From assembly GCA_002269645.1 (NCBI GenBank), contig NIVC01001547.1, positions 186,001 through 250,000 on the forward strand: a DNA stretch of 64,000 nucleotides, written 5' to 3'. The position numbers and the translations under genes are program-made. Of this stretch, positions 62,561-64,000 are shown one piece after another (the first letter of the stretch is position 1; the number at the start of each line of letters is the position of its first letter). Below the pieces are notes generated by a model, which was given only the letters and a program-made list of their open reading frames with translations, did not search any database and was not told the DNA's origin. Origin of the DNA: Macrostomum lignano. Taxonomy: Eukaryota.

Positions 62561-63935
62561 CAAGCCCTCATTATATTTTGTATTATTTGAGACTTTGAGC
62601 CTGGTGGAACAATCTCTAGGCGAAACTAACCTTTTATGTGTGCGTCAAATGCAACAAAAAAGTGAAGTCTTTTTATTTTGAGGTGACATACAGTGTTTTG
62701 GGATCGTAAGCTGCACTCTTAAATCGTGCACATTTCGCCAGACGCCTGTTTTCGCTATCTTTGTTCTCTATCACTTTCAGTCCCTAATTATTTTTCGTTC
62801 TGAAAGACAATACAATAGGTGATATGTAACAACTTCTTGAAATGATTATTTTAAAGCCTAATAAAACTGAAGCATGACAAAACTAACAAGAAAACTGTTA
62901 ACTGTAAACACTAACTTCCTGTATTTCATTGGCTCGCATTTGAACGAGATGTTGTTGTCATTGTCATGCTGTCACTCATCAAATATGTCAAAATCTACTG
63001 TCAAGGAATTCTGAAACGTTAAGAGTGCTTTATGGGCGGTTATACATGTAGGCCGCGTACGTACAGTGTGTACAAAGTGTGTTAGGGGGGTGACGTCGGC
63101 GTTGGGGGTTTTTGTTGGGGGCTAGTTAACCGCAGCCTCAGCCACTGCTACCGCTCAACGATCGGGTCAGGACCTGCGCGATGAGATCGAAGCGACCGAA
63201 GAACGCATCGGGCTACTGAGGCTTCAAAACGGGGAAGCGAAGTTGAGCTCAGCGCAAGACGCCATGGCACGAAGACTGGTGGTAAGCCTGCTTTTTCTGC
63301 TGGTTGGGGCGCAACTCATTCAGCCTTTAAGAATATTCCCCTACTGGCGCAAGATGCTGAACCCACCATGAGAGGGCCACTTCTGATTTCTGACTTTGTC
63401 AAAGACTCGGGAAATGTCATCACTGGCAATAAAAAAGGTACAAATATCGAACTGAAGCCGCAGGAGCATTTAGCAAGTGGATTAAGTGCGAAGGCAATAA
63501 TTTTCCCGTCCCTGATTGAATCTGGCAAGGTGTTGACTGGGAAGCGCGCGCTGCTCCAAGGCTGCATGAATACCTTGCCTACAACCGTCAGTTAGGCAAG
63601 CTGGTGAATTGTGGCTTTGACTTCAGACGCAGGTATTGAGTCAGTGGCATTCGAGTTGGCCTCACTCCAAGCAAACGAATCCGTCACACAGGCTGCCAAG
63701 AACGAGCAAGCTCGCAGCCTGCTGGAGTGCTCAGTCCTGTGCTTCGCCGTTTTTTTAACTCCATGAATCTGAATTTGGCTTCTTTGGCAAGGAGTATCTA
63801 ATTTCTCAATGACAGGCTGTCGGTTATTTGTCTAAGTTGGCTAGCTCGTACATACAATGGCTCAAAATTCGCATGAAAAAGTACGACCCCATATTCAAAA
63901 ATGGCGGCACTTGTACTTTTAATTCCTTCTTTAAC

Positions 63936-64000
<65 letters not shown>
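63936..64000 (+). repeat. (AGAT)n microsatellite
   Basis: Pure tetranucleotide run to the window end. Confidence 0.95.

Noticed and set aside
63050-63800. Short ORFs in the GC-richer stretch near the window end
   Set aside because: No recognisable motifs or splice structure that I can support.

Overview
Repeat-rich animal (metazoan) genomic DNA: spliceosomal GT-AG introns, TTAGGG-type repeats and many transposons; the species cannot be fixed from the sequence alone. Contents in order: (1) an intronless GT7-family beta-1,4-galactosyltransferase gene; (2) SINE-like repeats and a small foldback element; (3) a ~19 kb Polinton/Maverick-like structure (about 6525-25580) with very long inverted arms carrying tandem arrays and a Cys/His- and Gln-rich ORF, enclosing a disrupted family-B DNA polymerase and a divergent TATA-binding-protein-like gene, with no recognisable integrase, capsid, ATPase or protease gene, and a non-autonomous Helitron inserted in the right arm; (4) a ~16 kb 17-bp satellite hosting a Ty3/Gypsy LTR element, an inverted Penelope-like element with two hammerhead ribozymes and a probable solo LTR; (5) an inverted exon-like duplication around a 22-bp minisatellite; (6) a DD41D Tc1/mariner element; (7) two tandem paralogous genes that, by consistent phase-1 splicing, each fuse a catalytically dead caspase domain to a caspase domain retaining the His/Cys dyad, possibly with two more cryptic caspase folds per protein. 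The polymerase-plus-TBP element and the multi-caspase genes are the best candidates for undescribed biology. All family assignments come from motif recognition by eye; no database search was run.
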